Source: a virus
Taxonomy: Duplodnaviria; Caudoviricetes
Direction: 5' to 3' (one strand)
IMG/VR virus record: IMGVR_UViG_3300045738_000771
Coordinates: 1 to 62,275 of that record
Length of the DNA: 62,275 nucleotides
Each line of letters starts with the position of its first letter. Position 1 is the first letter of the stretch. Below the pieces are notes generated by a model. The model saw only the letters and a program-made list of their open reading frames with translations, had not been told where the DNA came from and did not search any database. The position numbers and the translations under genes are program-made. This document shows, piece by piece, positions 8,433 through 16,778 of this stretch.

Positions 8433-10260
8433 CGCCCCACCTGTCCACAACCATAATATCTGTCCTAATAGGAACTCTGAATTGCACAGAGGTTTCCATA
8501 ATTCTCTCTACCACTGGAATTACAGTATCAACCTTGGATTCGGGGCACTCAAAAACAATCTCATCGTGAACAAAATTTGTGGGAACTATGTCGCAACCCC
8601 ACTCTCCAGTATCTTGCCAATGCTCCCGCAACTTAACCATACTAAGCTCAATCAAAGCGCACGCCGAGCTTTGTACTGGGAAATTTACAAACTGGTTCAG
8701 TGCGTGCTTAAAATTACGGGATATAGCCTGTTTTGTTATTCGACGCTTTCTCCCAAAAACATCGCGACACTCACCTTTATCGTACAACTCCCGCTGCATC
8801 CTAAGATGCCAAAGGTGAATCCCCTGATAAGTCTGCATATACTGATCTATGACATCCTGCCAACCTTCAACAGAGAGATCCGAGTATTCGCTAGCCATAC
8901 GCTTCGCAGACGCTCCATAAATCAGGGCAAAGTTAGCCGTCTTTCCATACTGCCTATTACCTCCCAGAGCAGGAATTAGATCGGTTGTCTGCTGGTGCAG
9001 GTCTAGCCCATGCCAGAATCCGTCCGACTCGTCCTCGTCTGCCTTGCAAGACGGGCAACTGTGAAGGATTACGTCAGCCGATCCAGTTGCCCCACAGCCT
9101 TTACACTTCCAATCAGTAAACGCCCGCAGAAAACCACGATCTTGACTAATATGAGCGCAAAGACGAAGTTCAATCTGAGATAAATCTGCCACGACTAATT
9201 TGTTACCCCGCTTTGGAATAACATTCTTCCTAATGTTTAAGTCGGCAAATTCTTCGGCCATAAATGCCGGTATGTTCTGAAAGTTAGGCTTCTCACTTCG
9301 TGTTCTACCTGTAGCTGAAACTATCCAAAAAGTAGGATGCACTCGCCCGTCTGGATCATCTAAAGCAAATCGACTCAGCGGCTCAACATACGTGTTAATC
9401 ATTTTGGTTGCTGTGCGATAAATCCTAATCTTTTTGCAGACAGGATATTTTTTAGCAAGCTTATCCATTGCTTTTCTATCGACCGCAGTCCGGCTACCGC
9501 TGGCAGTCAAGTGGATACCTTTTCTGCTGTATCCCAAGTCGTCGAACAATGCCCTAGCCAACTGGTCGCCTGAATTGATGTTGATATTTCCCACAATCTC
9601 ACGGATATCTAATTCAGAGGACTCGCGTAATTTTTGAAAACCTCTAAGGAGTTTTCTGGCACCCATCAAGTCCCAGCCAATGCCAGCCAACTCCATATCT
9701 GAGAACACTTTACTGACAGGCATGAGGATCTTAAAGAAAAGGCCATCCAATTTTTGAGCAATAAGCTTTGGCCTGACATATCCCCAAAGCTTATGTTCCC
9801 ACTCTGCATCCTCCATAGCATAAGTAGAGAACTCCTCAGAGTTTTCGCCACTAGCCCACGCTACCTTAAAGGGAACCATCACATGATCGAAAACATCATA
9901 GACTACAGTCTTAAGGCCGAGATTACTGGGGGTTCGATTGTCATCTAGCAAATTTACTGCAACCATCGGATCGCAAAAATTCTGAGGGTATTTATCGGTA
10001 ATGCCCGCAGATCTGAGGCACTTCATGTCATACTTACCGTTGTACGCTATCGCCTCAACCAAGGGGTGATCAAATAAGGCTTCGCAAATGATCTTAACCT
10101 TAGCCATATCGGTCTCGTAGAAACAATGACCGTCTGTGGCAAATGATACTCCCGACAATCTAAACTCAGACTGCCAAAAGTTAAGGTCTGGCGGGTGCTC
10201 TATATCGAATGAGTAAGCTCCGGCTTCACACGCCGCGACTATGAATTTATCTGAATCCAT
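8422..10260 (-). CDS. polA: family A DNA polymerase (3'-5' exonuclease plus polymerase, no 5'-3' exonuclease)
   Basis: Exo motifs DIE, YNGKYD, YAMED; TGRTRS..PNFQNIP; motif A DLSQIELR; motif B R...KTANFALIYG; motif C VHDE. Confidence 0.93.
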   Translation of the reverse strand: MDSDKFIVAACEAGAYSFDIEHPPDLNFWQSEFRLSGVSFATDGHCFYETDMAKVKIICEALFDHPLVEAIAYNGKYDMKCLRSAGITDKYPQNFCDPMVAVNLLDDNRTPSNLGLKTVVYDVFDHVMVPFKVAWASGENSEEFSTYAMEDAEWEHKLWGYVRPKLIAQKLDGLFFKILMPVSKVFSDMELAGIGWDLMGARKLLRGFQKLRESSELDIREIVGNININSGDQLARALFDDLGYSRKGIHLTASGSRTAVDRKAMDKLAKKYPVCKKIRIYRTATKMINTYVEPLSRFALDDPDGRVHPTFWIVSATGRTRSEKPNFQNIPAFMAEEFADLNIRKNVIPKRGNKLVVADLSQIELRLCAHISQDRGFLRAFTDWKCKGCGATGSADVILHSCPSCKADEDESDGFWHGLDLHQQTTDLIPALGGNRQYGKTANFALIYGASAKRMASEYSDLSVEGWQDVIDQYMQTYQGIHLWHLRMQRELYDKGECRDVFGRKRRITKQAISRNFKHALNQFVNFPVQSSACALIELSMVKLREHWQDTGEWGCDIVPTNFVHDEIVFECPESKVDTVIPVVERIMETSVQFRVPIRTDIMVVDRWGDAK

Positions 10261-10269
10261 GAGATCTCC

Positions 10270-10316
10270 AAAAGACGAGACAAGGTGCCCTCTGTTCCGT
10301 GGGCACCTGCCTCGCC
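10270..10316 (-). terminator. terminator/attenuator hairpin between SSB and polA
   Basis: long G-U-containing stem GGCGAGGCAGGTGCCC/GGGCACCTTGTCTCGTC followed by TTTT, immediately before the polA SD. Confidence 0.6.
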
Positions 10317-10337
10317 GACATCGGGATGCAGCCTAGT

Positions 10338-11027
10338 CTAGAAGTCTACTTCGATGTCCGCACTGCCGGAATCGGTATCAAGTCCTCGCTCTCGACGAAG
10401 TTGACTCATCGCATTGTCAACTCCATCGGGGTCTGGCTTGAGAACTTCTGTCCAATCATGGACAACCGTCTCCTCATACCCAGCGAGGTCTACCATTTTG
10501 ACAAACTCGTAATCTTCACCTACAGAAGAAGATTTGTCATCATTCGTCCGGTAGACTTTGAACATTGCACCTCGGAGATCTTCGTCACTTTCATACCGCG
10601 CTAAATACTTGCGTTTGATAATCTCAGCAACTCCACGTTTCGCACAAAGAATCTTCTTCAGATCCTTTCTGTTGTTGCCTCGCTTATCAACGAACTCGGT
10701 CGTATCAATGATCGTAAAGAACATAGCCTTGTAACGCTTGAACTGGTTGTTCTCTTTGTAAAATTCACAAATCGGACAAGGCTTGCCAGTGGACTCTATG
10801 CAGGTATACCAATTTCTCCAATTACCATGAAGATTTAATAGGTGCTCCCAGATTGTCTGAGCATCTGGGCCACTGCTTAAGAAGATGATCGTTCGGGCAC
10901 TGCCCTTCGGCATCCAGAAACGGTTGTTGTTCGCCAAATCTTTAGGCTTTGAGGCTCCACCGTCGCCACTCATATCGGCATCCATGCCTGTCCCCAACAA
11001 CCAAGGGGCTACTTTCGCATCACTCAT
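10338..11027 (-). CDS. single-stranded DNA-binding protein (gp32-like)
   Basis: H...C...CPIC Zn motif, acidic C-terminus ending in F, position between primase and polymerase. Confidence 0.65.
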   Translation of the reverse strand: MSDAKVAPWLLGTGMDADMSGDGGASKPKDLANNNRFWMPKGSARTIIFLSSGPDAQTIWEHLLNLHGNWRNWYTCIESTGKPCPICEFYKENNQFKRYKAMFFTIIDTTEFVDKRGNNRKDLKKILCAKRGVAEIIKRKYLARYESDEDLRGAMFKVYRTNDDKSSSVGEDYEFVKMVDLAGYEETVVHDWTEVLKPDPDGVDNAMSQLRRERGLDTDSGSADIEVDF

Positions 11028-12015
11028 AACTTTCTCCATAAATAGAGATGTAAATCGCCCTAAATTCAGGGCTTGATAAGTCGCCTAAATCTTTGCCTTC
11101 CGGCAAGACGGCTCGGCGAAGTCCGTAAGTGTATTTGCCTAGTAATTTTTGGGCTTTTTTCCAGCCATTGTTACCAGCCAAGTCGCCATCGTACCACACG
11201 CTGACTGCTTTATCCAGTATTAAGATTTGTTTTGCCTGATATTTTGAAAGCTCTGCTTTCCAAGTACACAGCACGTCTGCCCCAAGACTATCCGCCCAAC
11301 TATAACAATTAACTGCGTCGAAAAAACCTTCGCAGATAATCAATCTGGGATTGTCCGAGATCAGAGTAATCCCGCCGAGAGCTTTACCACTCTCAAAGTT
11401 GAAATAGTTGTAATATCGAGGTTCTCGATTGTCGAGTCTGCGGCCAACTGCACCAACTAAATCGTTATTCGCCGACCAAACTGGACACACTATCCTATTC
11501 TGAACTTTGTCATATCTGAGATCAAATAGCTCGATGGCTCTCTCATCTGTAATGTTGCGACCATACAAATAATCTCTAGCCGGTTGCGACTGCAAGGCAG
11601 GAGGAAAGGCACTTATAGAATCACGATCTAATGCAACTGATTGCACACGTTCTGGGGTCTTAATCCAATCATTAATCCCGACAGACGCTTTCTCTATCAT
11701 GTCTTTCAGTCCAACCTTGTCGTGAGTTTTAAGGTGACTGGACAAAGTGATCAGGTCAGGTCTGCTTGTTCTGTCCGCGACCTTACCTACCAACTGGGAC
11801 AAAGTACCTGCGTTCTGACAGGTGAAGCACTTAAAGAGAGTAGGTGCCTCGTTGTATCGTATGGTGAGGCTTGCCCGTGTATCTGTCCCATTCTGGTGAG
11901 TCCAAGTAGCTAGGGGACATGGGACATTAATCTGACCATCCCTATATGGCGTATGGACATCTGTATCTACGCCCAACTTTTCAAGAACTAGGGCTAAGTT
12001 AATCCAGTCCATCAT
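11020..12015 (-). CDS. DNA primase (Zn finger plus TOPRIM)
   Basis: CP...H...CFTC Zn finger; ICEGFFD and YDGDLAG TOPRIM motifs; KDLGD. Confidence 0.88.
   Translation of the reverse strand: MMDWINLALVLEKLGVDTDVHTPYRDGQINVPCPLATWTHQNGTDTRASLTIRYNEAPTLFKCFTCQNAGTLSQLVGKVADRTSRPDLITLSSHLKTHDKVGLKDMIEKASVGINDWIKTPERVQSVALDRDSISAFPPALQSQPARDYLYGRNITDERAIELFDLRYDKVQNRIVCPVWSANNDLVGAVGRRLDNREPRYYNYFNFESGKALGGITLISDNPRLIICEGFFDAVNCYSWADSLGADVLCTWKAELSKYQAKQILILDKAVSVWYDGDLAGNNGWKKAQKLLGKYTYGLRRAVLPEGKDLGDLSSPEFRAIYISIYGESYE
11632..11645. repeat. dispersed palindrome TGCAA-CTGA-TTGCA (copy 4)
   Basis: read directly; inside the primase CDS. Confidence 0.9.
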
Positions 12016-12169
12016 ACAACCTATCGTCAACCGCTTGATAGGATGCGTCCATTTCCGCTTTCGCAGCCCAGAACTGAGGTGAACCCACACCATACTTCCG
12101 GCGAACTCGGCGGAACTTTCGCTCCGCTTTAACCGTCGCCACAATGTCACTTGGAATTTCACGCTTCAT
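11999..12169 (-). CDS. small basic hypothetical protein, 56 aa (absent from the ORF track)
   Basis: TAAGGAGAG SD then MKREIPSDIVATVKAERKFRRVRRKYG...YDGLD*; overlaps the primase start. Confidence 0.6.
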   Translation of the reverse strand: MKREIPSDIVATVKAERKFRRVRRKYGVGSPQFWAAKAEMDASYQAVDDRLYDGLD

Positions 12170-12181
12170 CGTTTTCTCTCC

Positions 12182-12586
12182 TTAGCCAATGTATCCGGGG
12201 TGATCGGGTGTATACGATCCGGGGCCGTACTCGGCTTCTACGTCTGCTTTGGCCAGAGCCTCTTCGCCGCCCTCTTCGCAGTATGCGTCCGATCCGTAAA
12301 CTGGATCGCCGCGATGCCAATGCTCCATGTTTAGTTCGCCGCCGAGCCAAAGGTGATCGTCGATCTTGCTCACAAAATCGTGTGCTGCATCTTCCGTCCT
12401 GAACACTTCGGAATGATGCCATCGGTTCCCACGTTTATTGGTCGCCGTGACTCCAAAGTTTTTTGCCGTGTACGGGCCGTCTTCCCCCATCACCTCGTAG
12501 AAATTCGGGCACACGCAAACGTGAGGCAGCGATTTCCAATGGCCTCTCGCCAGATTTACAGTAGTCCTTTTCGTTTTGTCTGTCAT
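12182..12586 (-). CDS. hypothetical protein (cassette 3)
   Basis: ACGGGGA SD; HW...DPVYGSDAY motif; first gene after promoter P3. Confidence 0.65.
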   Translation of the reverse strand: MTDKTKRTTVNLARGHWKSLPHVCVCPNFYEVMGEDGPYTAKNFGVTATNKRGNRWHHSEVFRTEDAAHDFVSKIDDHLWLGGELNMEHWHRGDPVYGSDAYCEEGGEEALAKADVEAEYGPGSYTPDHPGYIG

Positions 12587-12595
12587 TTTCGTTTC

Positions 12596-12665
12596 CCCGT
12601 TTCGCGTTGTTAAGTTAATTGCCATACCCATAATATCGCCGATTGCGGAAGGATTGTAAAGGGCA
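12596..12665 (-). promoter_or_regulatory. promoter P3 and leader
   Basis: TTTACAA...TTCCGCAATCGG..TATTAT; 22-bp leader 12596-12617 identical to 16673-16694. Confidence 0.65.
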
Positions 12666-12735
12666 AAAACCCCTAGAAAATTAAAAGTTCTGGGAACGTC
12701 TTTTTTACCGCAGGAAGCGGTCTGAAAAGTTTTGA

Positions 12736-13602
12736 CTAAACGACCTGCATTTCGGCCACGTAATCCTCTAAGGTGTTCTTGGGATTCCACCCAAGTAAAT
12801 CCTGCGACTTTTTAATGTCGGCAAGTGTTGTGCGTGCTTCCCCTCGTCTTTCGGGAATATACTTAAGACCGCCCTCATGTTTGAACAGATCGGCCAACTC
12901 ATTGATTGAGTGATTGACGCCTGTGCCTAGATTAAAAATATCGCCCTGCCGGTCGCCAACTGACATTGCTATAAGCCCGTCAACTATATCGAAAACGTGC
13001 GTAAAGTCTCGCCGCTGCTCACCGTCGCCAGTAATAGTAAGAGGCTCACCCGCCGCCTTCTGACGTTCAAAGATCCCGATGACTGTGGCATAGGCTCCCT
13101 CGGTCAACTGTCTTGGGCCATAGACATTGAAGAATCGAGCTATTGCAACTGGGACATCGTAAACTTTGTTGTAGAGTTCGCAATACTCCTCCGCCTTAAA
13201 CTTTGTGAAGCTGTAAGGGTTGGCATACGGATCATGATAAACAGAACTAGACCCCGCATAGATAACCCGACTGCCGTACTTTCTTGCCAACTCAAGCACT
13301 CGGACTGTACCTGTGACATTAGATCTATGTGTTTCAAACGGCTTTTCAAAACTGGGCTGGATACGTGCCTCCGCAGCCAAGTGAAATATAGTTTTGAAGC
13401 CGCCTATAATTCGAAACGAGCCTGTGAGATCTGGGGTCAAATCGGCCACGTCTTTCTTGTAGTATCGCGCTTCAGGATTTTCGTTTTCTCGCTTGCCCGT
13501 GGAATACGAATCAAAAACTGTCACGTCTTCACCCATAGCCACTAACTTATCTACCAAGTTAGAACCTATGAATCCCGCACCACCTGTAACTAATATAGTC
13601 AT
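12736..13602 (-). CDS. NAD-dependent nucleotide-sugar epimerase/dehydratase
   Basis: TGGAGFIG, YSFTK, NVYGP and RDFTHV motifs. Confidence 0.9.
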   Translation of the reverse strand: MTILVTGGAGFIGSNLVDKLVAMGEDVTVFDSYSTGKRENENPEARYYKKDVADLTPDLTGSFRIIGGFKTIFHLAAEARIQPSFEKPFETHRSNVTGTVRVLELARKYGSRVIYAGSSSVYHDPYANPYSFTKFKAEEYCELYNKVYDVPVAIARFFNVYGPRQLTEGAYATVIGIFERQKAAGEPLTITGDGEQRRDFTHVFDIVDGLIAMSVGDRQGDIFNLGTGVNHSINELADLFKHEGGLKYIPERRGEARTTLADIKKSQDLLGWNPKNTLEDYVAEMQVV

Positions 13603-14075
13603 TGCGTTACCTTCTCCGTGTCGCCAAATTTTGACAGGTCGAACTGGTCAAGAAAATCGCTGGACGACTGTGTCTTGCCGCCGCCTACGTCGTAAACTGT
13701 CGCAACGTCGTGCGTGTCGCAAAAGAGTTCCTCCGGTGTTTGATCTGGCTTCCTGTCCCCGCCGTTAGCGAAAGTCATACTGTGAAAAAAGTAATCCAGC
13801 GAATAGGAATTCAGCAACATCTCTAGTGTCTGAACAACTGACGCATCAGAGTCTACTGATTTGACTGCCCTGTTGACGCACCCAAGAGATTGAACTATGC
13901 GCAATCTTTCTGCACAATCCATGAAAGGCTTGCTGCCTTTGAGCGTTACCTGAAAGTCGTTGTTGACAATAGCAACAAGATGATCTCCGAGATTCGCTGC
14001 CGCTTCCAAATAATTGATATGCCCTGAGTGAATGGGATTGAAATATCCCGATACTACTATTACCCGCATACTCAA
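13599..14075 (-). CDS. cytidylyl/adenylyltransferase (TagD/RfaE-II-like)
   Basis: SGYFNPIHSGH (HxGH), ER...V, NGGDR, KTQSSS. Confidence 0.85.
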   Translation of the reverse strand: MSMRVIVVSGYFNPIHSGHINYLEAAANLGDHLVAIVNNDFQVTLKGSKPFMDCAERLRIVQSLGCVNRAVKSVDSDASVVQTLEMLLNSYSLDYFFHSMTFANGGDRKPDQTPEELFCDTHDVATVYDVGGGKTQSSSDFLDQFDLSKFGDTEKVTQ

Positions 14076-14458
14076 TAACTCCGTTCCATTTGTACTACTT
14101 TCGTTTCATCCATTACGCAAATCCGGTTCTGTGAAAATGTCAGGAGAAGGGTCTGGGCCATATCAGACATGAAGCGTCTTATCTGACATTCCTTGGCAGG
14201 TGCCCGTGGATATTGAATCGCTGTGATCTGCCAGCCATCCTCGGAGTACTCTTTACCTGAGACGTAAGTGGTATCAGTCACGCGAACTGGAAAGAATCTA
14301 TCAGGACAGTCGTTTTGGAAATTAGCGATCTCTTTAATCAAGTCTTCTCTAGTGAAAAATTTGCCCGTACTCTCGTTCTTTGATCCTATAAAAATACTCA
14401 CTTCATATCTGTCCTCAATCTTTGTTCCCACCATCTGATACCGACCTTCCGTAGTCAC
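14072..14458 (-). CDS. hypothetical protein
   Basis: ORF coupled within the operon. Confidence 0.55.
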   Translation of the reverse strand: MTTEGRYQMVGTKIEDRYEVSIFIGSKNESTGKFFTREDLIKEIANFQNDCPDRFFPVRVTDTTYVSGKEYSEDGWQITAIQYPRAPAKECQIRRFMSDMAQTLLLTFSQNRICVMDETKVVQMERSY

Positions 14459-14461
14459 TCA

Positions 14462-14821
14462 TTATGCTCTCCCGTAATCATCCTCAAATCTGAGAATGTC
14501 GTCTTCTTCAAACGCCTCGCCTGTTTGTACCTCGATAAACACTAAAGGACTATTCGTTCGGTTCATCATCCTGTGAACATAGCCGACTGGTATTTTCAGT
14601 ATCCAGCCGAGCTTCATCTTCCTCTGTGCTGGACTACTTTCATATAGTTGATCGGCAATTGCAACTCCCTCGCCGCTGACAACTGTCCAAGTCTCGCTAC
14701 GTTTTTCGTGTTTCTGCAAACTGAGTTGCTGTTTTGGATTGATAACTATCCGCTTAATTACATAGTCATCTGTTGATTCGAGGATCTCAAATGTTCCCCA
14801 TGGTCTTTCTTCTATCGGCAT
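14462..14821 (-). CDS. mannose-6-phosphate isomerase type II-like cupin
   Basis: ERPWG...LSLQKH..RSE.W...HR...IEVQTG..EDDI.RFEDDYGR. Confidence 0.88.
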   Translation of the reverse strand: MPIEERPWGTFEILESTDDYVIKRIVINPKQQLSLQKHEKRSETWTVVSGEGVAIADQLYESSPAQRKMKLGWILKIPVGYVHRMMNRTNSPLVFIEVQTGEAFEEDDILRFEDDYGRA

Positions 14822-14822
14822 A

Positions 14823-15272
14823 CTAAAGTCCCTTCGTCATGAGTTCAAACGCTCGCTGGGCACGTTCTATAATTTCGCACACGTCCTCGCTGTCCAAGTC
14901 CATCGCATCGCACAATTCCTTGAACTTCCTCTTGGTAGCTCTCCCGCCACCCCACATCCCGACCGACTCCGCCTCGGCAATCAGACGCGAGAACTGGAGA
15001 AAGTCGTCGCCCCAAGCATCCACTCGGCAATGATCTTCGCCAACTGGGTCTGATTGGTCATCGCAACCCATATACACATCAACCGTGTGAGGATCTAGCG
15101 GGCCTTCAGGCACCTCGGTCGAAATTGTGGTCAATGAGTCCCGCAAATCCTCCCAGTCCTTTACGCACCACCTGTGGTCTATGAATTCGTCTAGCATCTC
15201 GCCGTCAACATTTCCTAAGATATTATTAATGGCGAACAGTAATTTTTCTTTAGTTTCTGGTTTCATAGCCAT
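14823..15272 (-). CDS. hypothetical protein
   Basis: ORF; the track's TTG start coincides with a -35 box, so the start was moved to ATG 15272. Confidence 0.55.
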   Translation of the reverse strand: MAMKPETKEKLLFAINNILGNVDGEMLDEFIDHRWCVKDWEDLRDSLTTISTEVPEGPLDPHTVDVYMGCDDQSDPVGEDHCRVDAWGDDFLQFSRLIAEAESVGMWGGGRATKRKFKELCDAMDLDSEDVCEIIERAQRAFELMTKGL

Positions 15273-15300
15273 CTTTCTGGCGGCAGCGATTGGTCTGGTA

Positions 15301-15314
15301 TGCAATCGTTTGCA
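15301..15314. repeat. dispersed palindrome TGCAA-TCGT-TTGCA (copy 5)
   Basis: read directly; in the probable leader about 50 bp downstream of promoter P5. Confidence 0.9.
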
Positions 15315-15361
15315 TCTAGTCCAATGCGGGAATATACATTCTCCGTGCTGATCGCAACTTG

Positions 15362-15389
15362 ATTTTAATGCCGATTTCGGAATTGTCAA
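15362..15389 (-). promoter_or_regulatory. promoter P5 (TTGACA-N16-TAAAAT) with CCGAAATCGG in the spacer
   Basis: near-consensus sigma70 boxes; spacer motif shared with P1-P4 and P6. Confidence 0.65.
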
Positions 15390-15392
15390 GTT

Positions 15393-15794
15393 TTACAACT
15401 GGGGAGTAGTTTCTAATTCATCTCCACCTTCTCTCTTGTTCCTATGAGCTTTGCCCTCCTCAACTATTTCACGGTTGACTTCAGCGTAGGTACGCTCGGT
15501 CACTGCGGTCACTGTGGTCTCCGTCTGCTTCTTACGGCGTTTCGGCTTGGCTGGATTACACAGCTTTGAAATCTTTCCCCAAAAATCTTTATCTCTAATT
15601 TTGCAATCAGTTACTGAACCATCACAAGCCAACATAATTATTCGCGGGCCTTTCAGAGTTCTGACTGACGTACCCTCAGCAACGTCGAACTTTTCGCGCT
15701 CATCGAGTACGAAAACGTGTACCGGCTTACCATCTTCTGTAAGTGTCAACTCAAAATCATCGTGTGATCTAACTATATTCTTGTAATGTGCCAT
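15393..15794 (-). CDS. hypothetical protein
   Basis: AGGAG SD; 133-aa ORF. Confidence 0.6.
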   Translation of the reverse strand: MAHYKNIVRSHDDFELTLTEDGKPVHVFVLDEREKFDVAEGTSVRTLKGPRIIMLACDGSVTDCKIRDKDFWGKISKLCNPAKPKRRKKQTETTVTAVTERTYAEVNREIVEEGKAHRNKREGGDELETTPQL

Positions 15795-15806
15795 CTGTAC
15801 ATACTC

Positions 15807-15890
15807 CTATCCAAAAATCAAACCCGTCATGATGCACCCTGCTGCTAACGAGGCAAGGCACAGTAAAAATGCTTTCTTTTGTTCGCTCAT
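15807..15890 (-). CDS. 27-aa hydrophobic peptide (MSEQKKAFLLCLASLAAGCIMTGLIFG)
   Basis: TAATG coupling to the upstream stop; fills the gap; single hydrophobic segment. Confidence 0.35.
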   Translation of the reverse strand: MSEQKKAFLLCLASLAAGCIMTGLIFG

Positions 15891-16067
15891 TATACACTTC
15901 TTTCTGGGTAAGTGGGATCTGGAAATGGTCGCTGCTTCCCGCCCTCTAGCGTGTCATTACTAACCACCCTGCCGCCATCCATACCAAAGGGAACTGTTAC
16001 ATTCTCATCCTCGAACACCCAAAGATGGTACTGGTTCGCTCCGCCTCTTCTGGTCTTTGTAGTTCAT
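15890..16067 (-). pseudogene. internally deleted or frameshifted gene remnant
   Basis: coupled start (ATGA) gives MNYKDQKRR and stops at 20 aa; another frame with no start upstream of the motif carries ANQYHLWV...PFG, a C-terminal pattern I recognise from phage hypotheticals. Confidence 0.45.
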
Positions 16068-16381
16068 GCAACCCCCGCATCTAAGATTACTTTCAACGAA
16101 GTGGGCTTGAAATATCGGTCTCGTTCAATCGGCAAGCCGAGTCCCGGCCCTCGGGCTGCTTCCAATTCGGCCAGCAGGAAATAACCAAGCTCCGGTGAGC
16201 CATAACCGTCTGTGACTAAACCGAAAAACCGTCCTTCGACTGGATCGTACTCGGTGGCGTAGAAAGTGTGGCTTCCGTCAGGCGTAAAAAACTTCACCTG
16301 TACAACCGCTTCATGTCCGTCGTTCTCTGTCGCATACAGTTTTGGCAAGCGGCCTAAAATTTCTTTGGTTAAGAGCATCAT
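16064..16381 (-). CDS. DUF2958-like protein (cassette 4)
   Basis: LPKLYATE...VKFFTPD...YATEYD...FFGLV...PELGYF.L.EL...IERDRYF. Confidence 0.8.
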   Translation of the reverse strand: MMLLTKEILGRLPKLYATENDGHEAVVQVKFFTPDGSHTFYATEYDPVEGRFFGLVTDGYGSPELGYFLLAELEAARGPGLGLPIERDRYFKPTSLKVILDAGVA

Positions 16382-16405
16382 TTTCGTGTCTCCCGTTTCT
16401 AATGG

Positions 16406-16663
16406 TTAAGATACTAAGTCGTCGCCAAACTCAGCCAAAAAGTCATTCTCGGCAGTAGTCGCTGCCGCCATTGCTTCGTCAAATGTCGGGTGCCTAGAAA
16501 GGGACTCGACGTTCAAGTCGTTATCCCCGAACATCTGCTTGTTGATTTGTACCGCTTGGAATCGAGTCCGGTCAAACGCAGGCCCGCTGCCGTCGAGTCG
16601 TTCACGGACTGTGAACTTGTAAGCCATCTCGCACTTGTGTTCGTGAAATTTCTGAGTTGACAT
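16406..16663 (-). CDS. hypothetical protein (cassette 4)
   Basis: ACGGGAG SD; first gene after promoter P4. Confidence 0.6.
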   Translation of the reverse strand: MSTQKFHEHKCEMAYKFTVRERLDGSGPAFDRTRFQAVQINKQMFGDNDLNVESLSRHPTFDEAMAAATTAENDFLAEFGDDLVS

Positions 16664-16672
16664 TGTGTTTCT

Positions 16673-16745
16673 CCCGTTTCGCGTTGTTAAGTTAGTTGTC
16701 ATGTTTCCCATTATGACCAATATCGGAAGTATTGCAATAGCGGAA
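16673..16745 (-). promoter_or_regulatory. promoter P4 (TTGCAA-N16-CATAAT) and leader
   Basis: GCTATTGCAAT...TTCCGATA shared with P1/P2; leader shared with P3. Confidence 0.7.
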
Positions 16746-16778
16746 AAGCCTATTTCAGAAAAAACCCAAAATAGGCTC

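Noticed and set aside
9006-9115. Intein or intron in polA
   Set aside because: The insert is only about 30 aa, in frame, and lacks intein terminal motifs.
8123-15318. 18-nt complementarity between the P5 leader and helicase mRNA as an antisense RNA
   Set aside because: Explained by both loci carrying the genome-wide palindrome.
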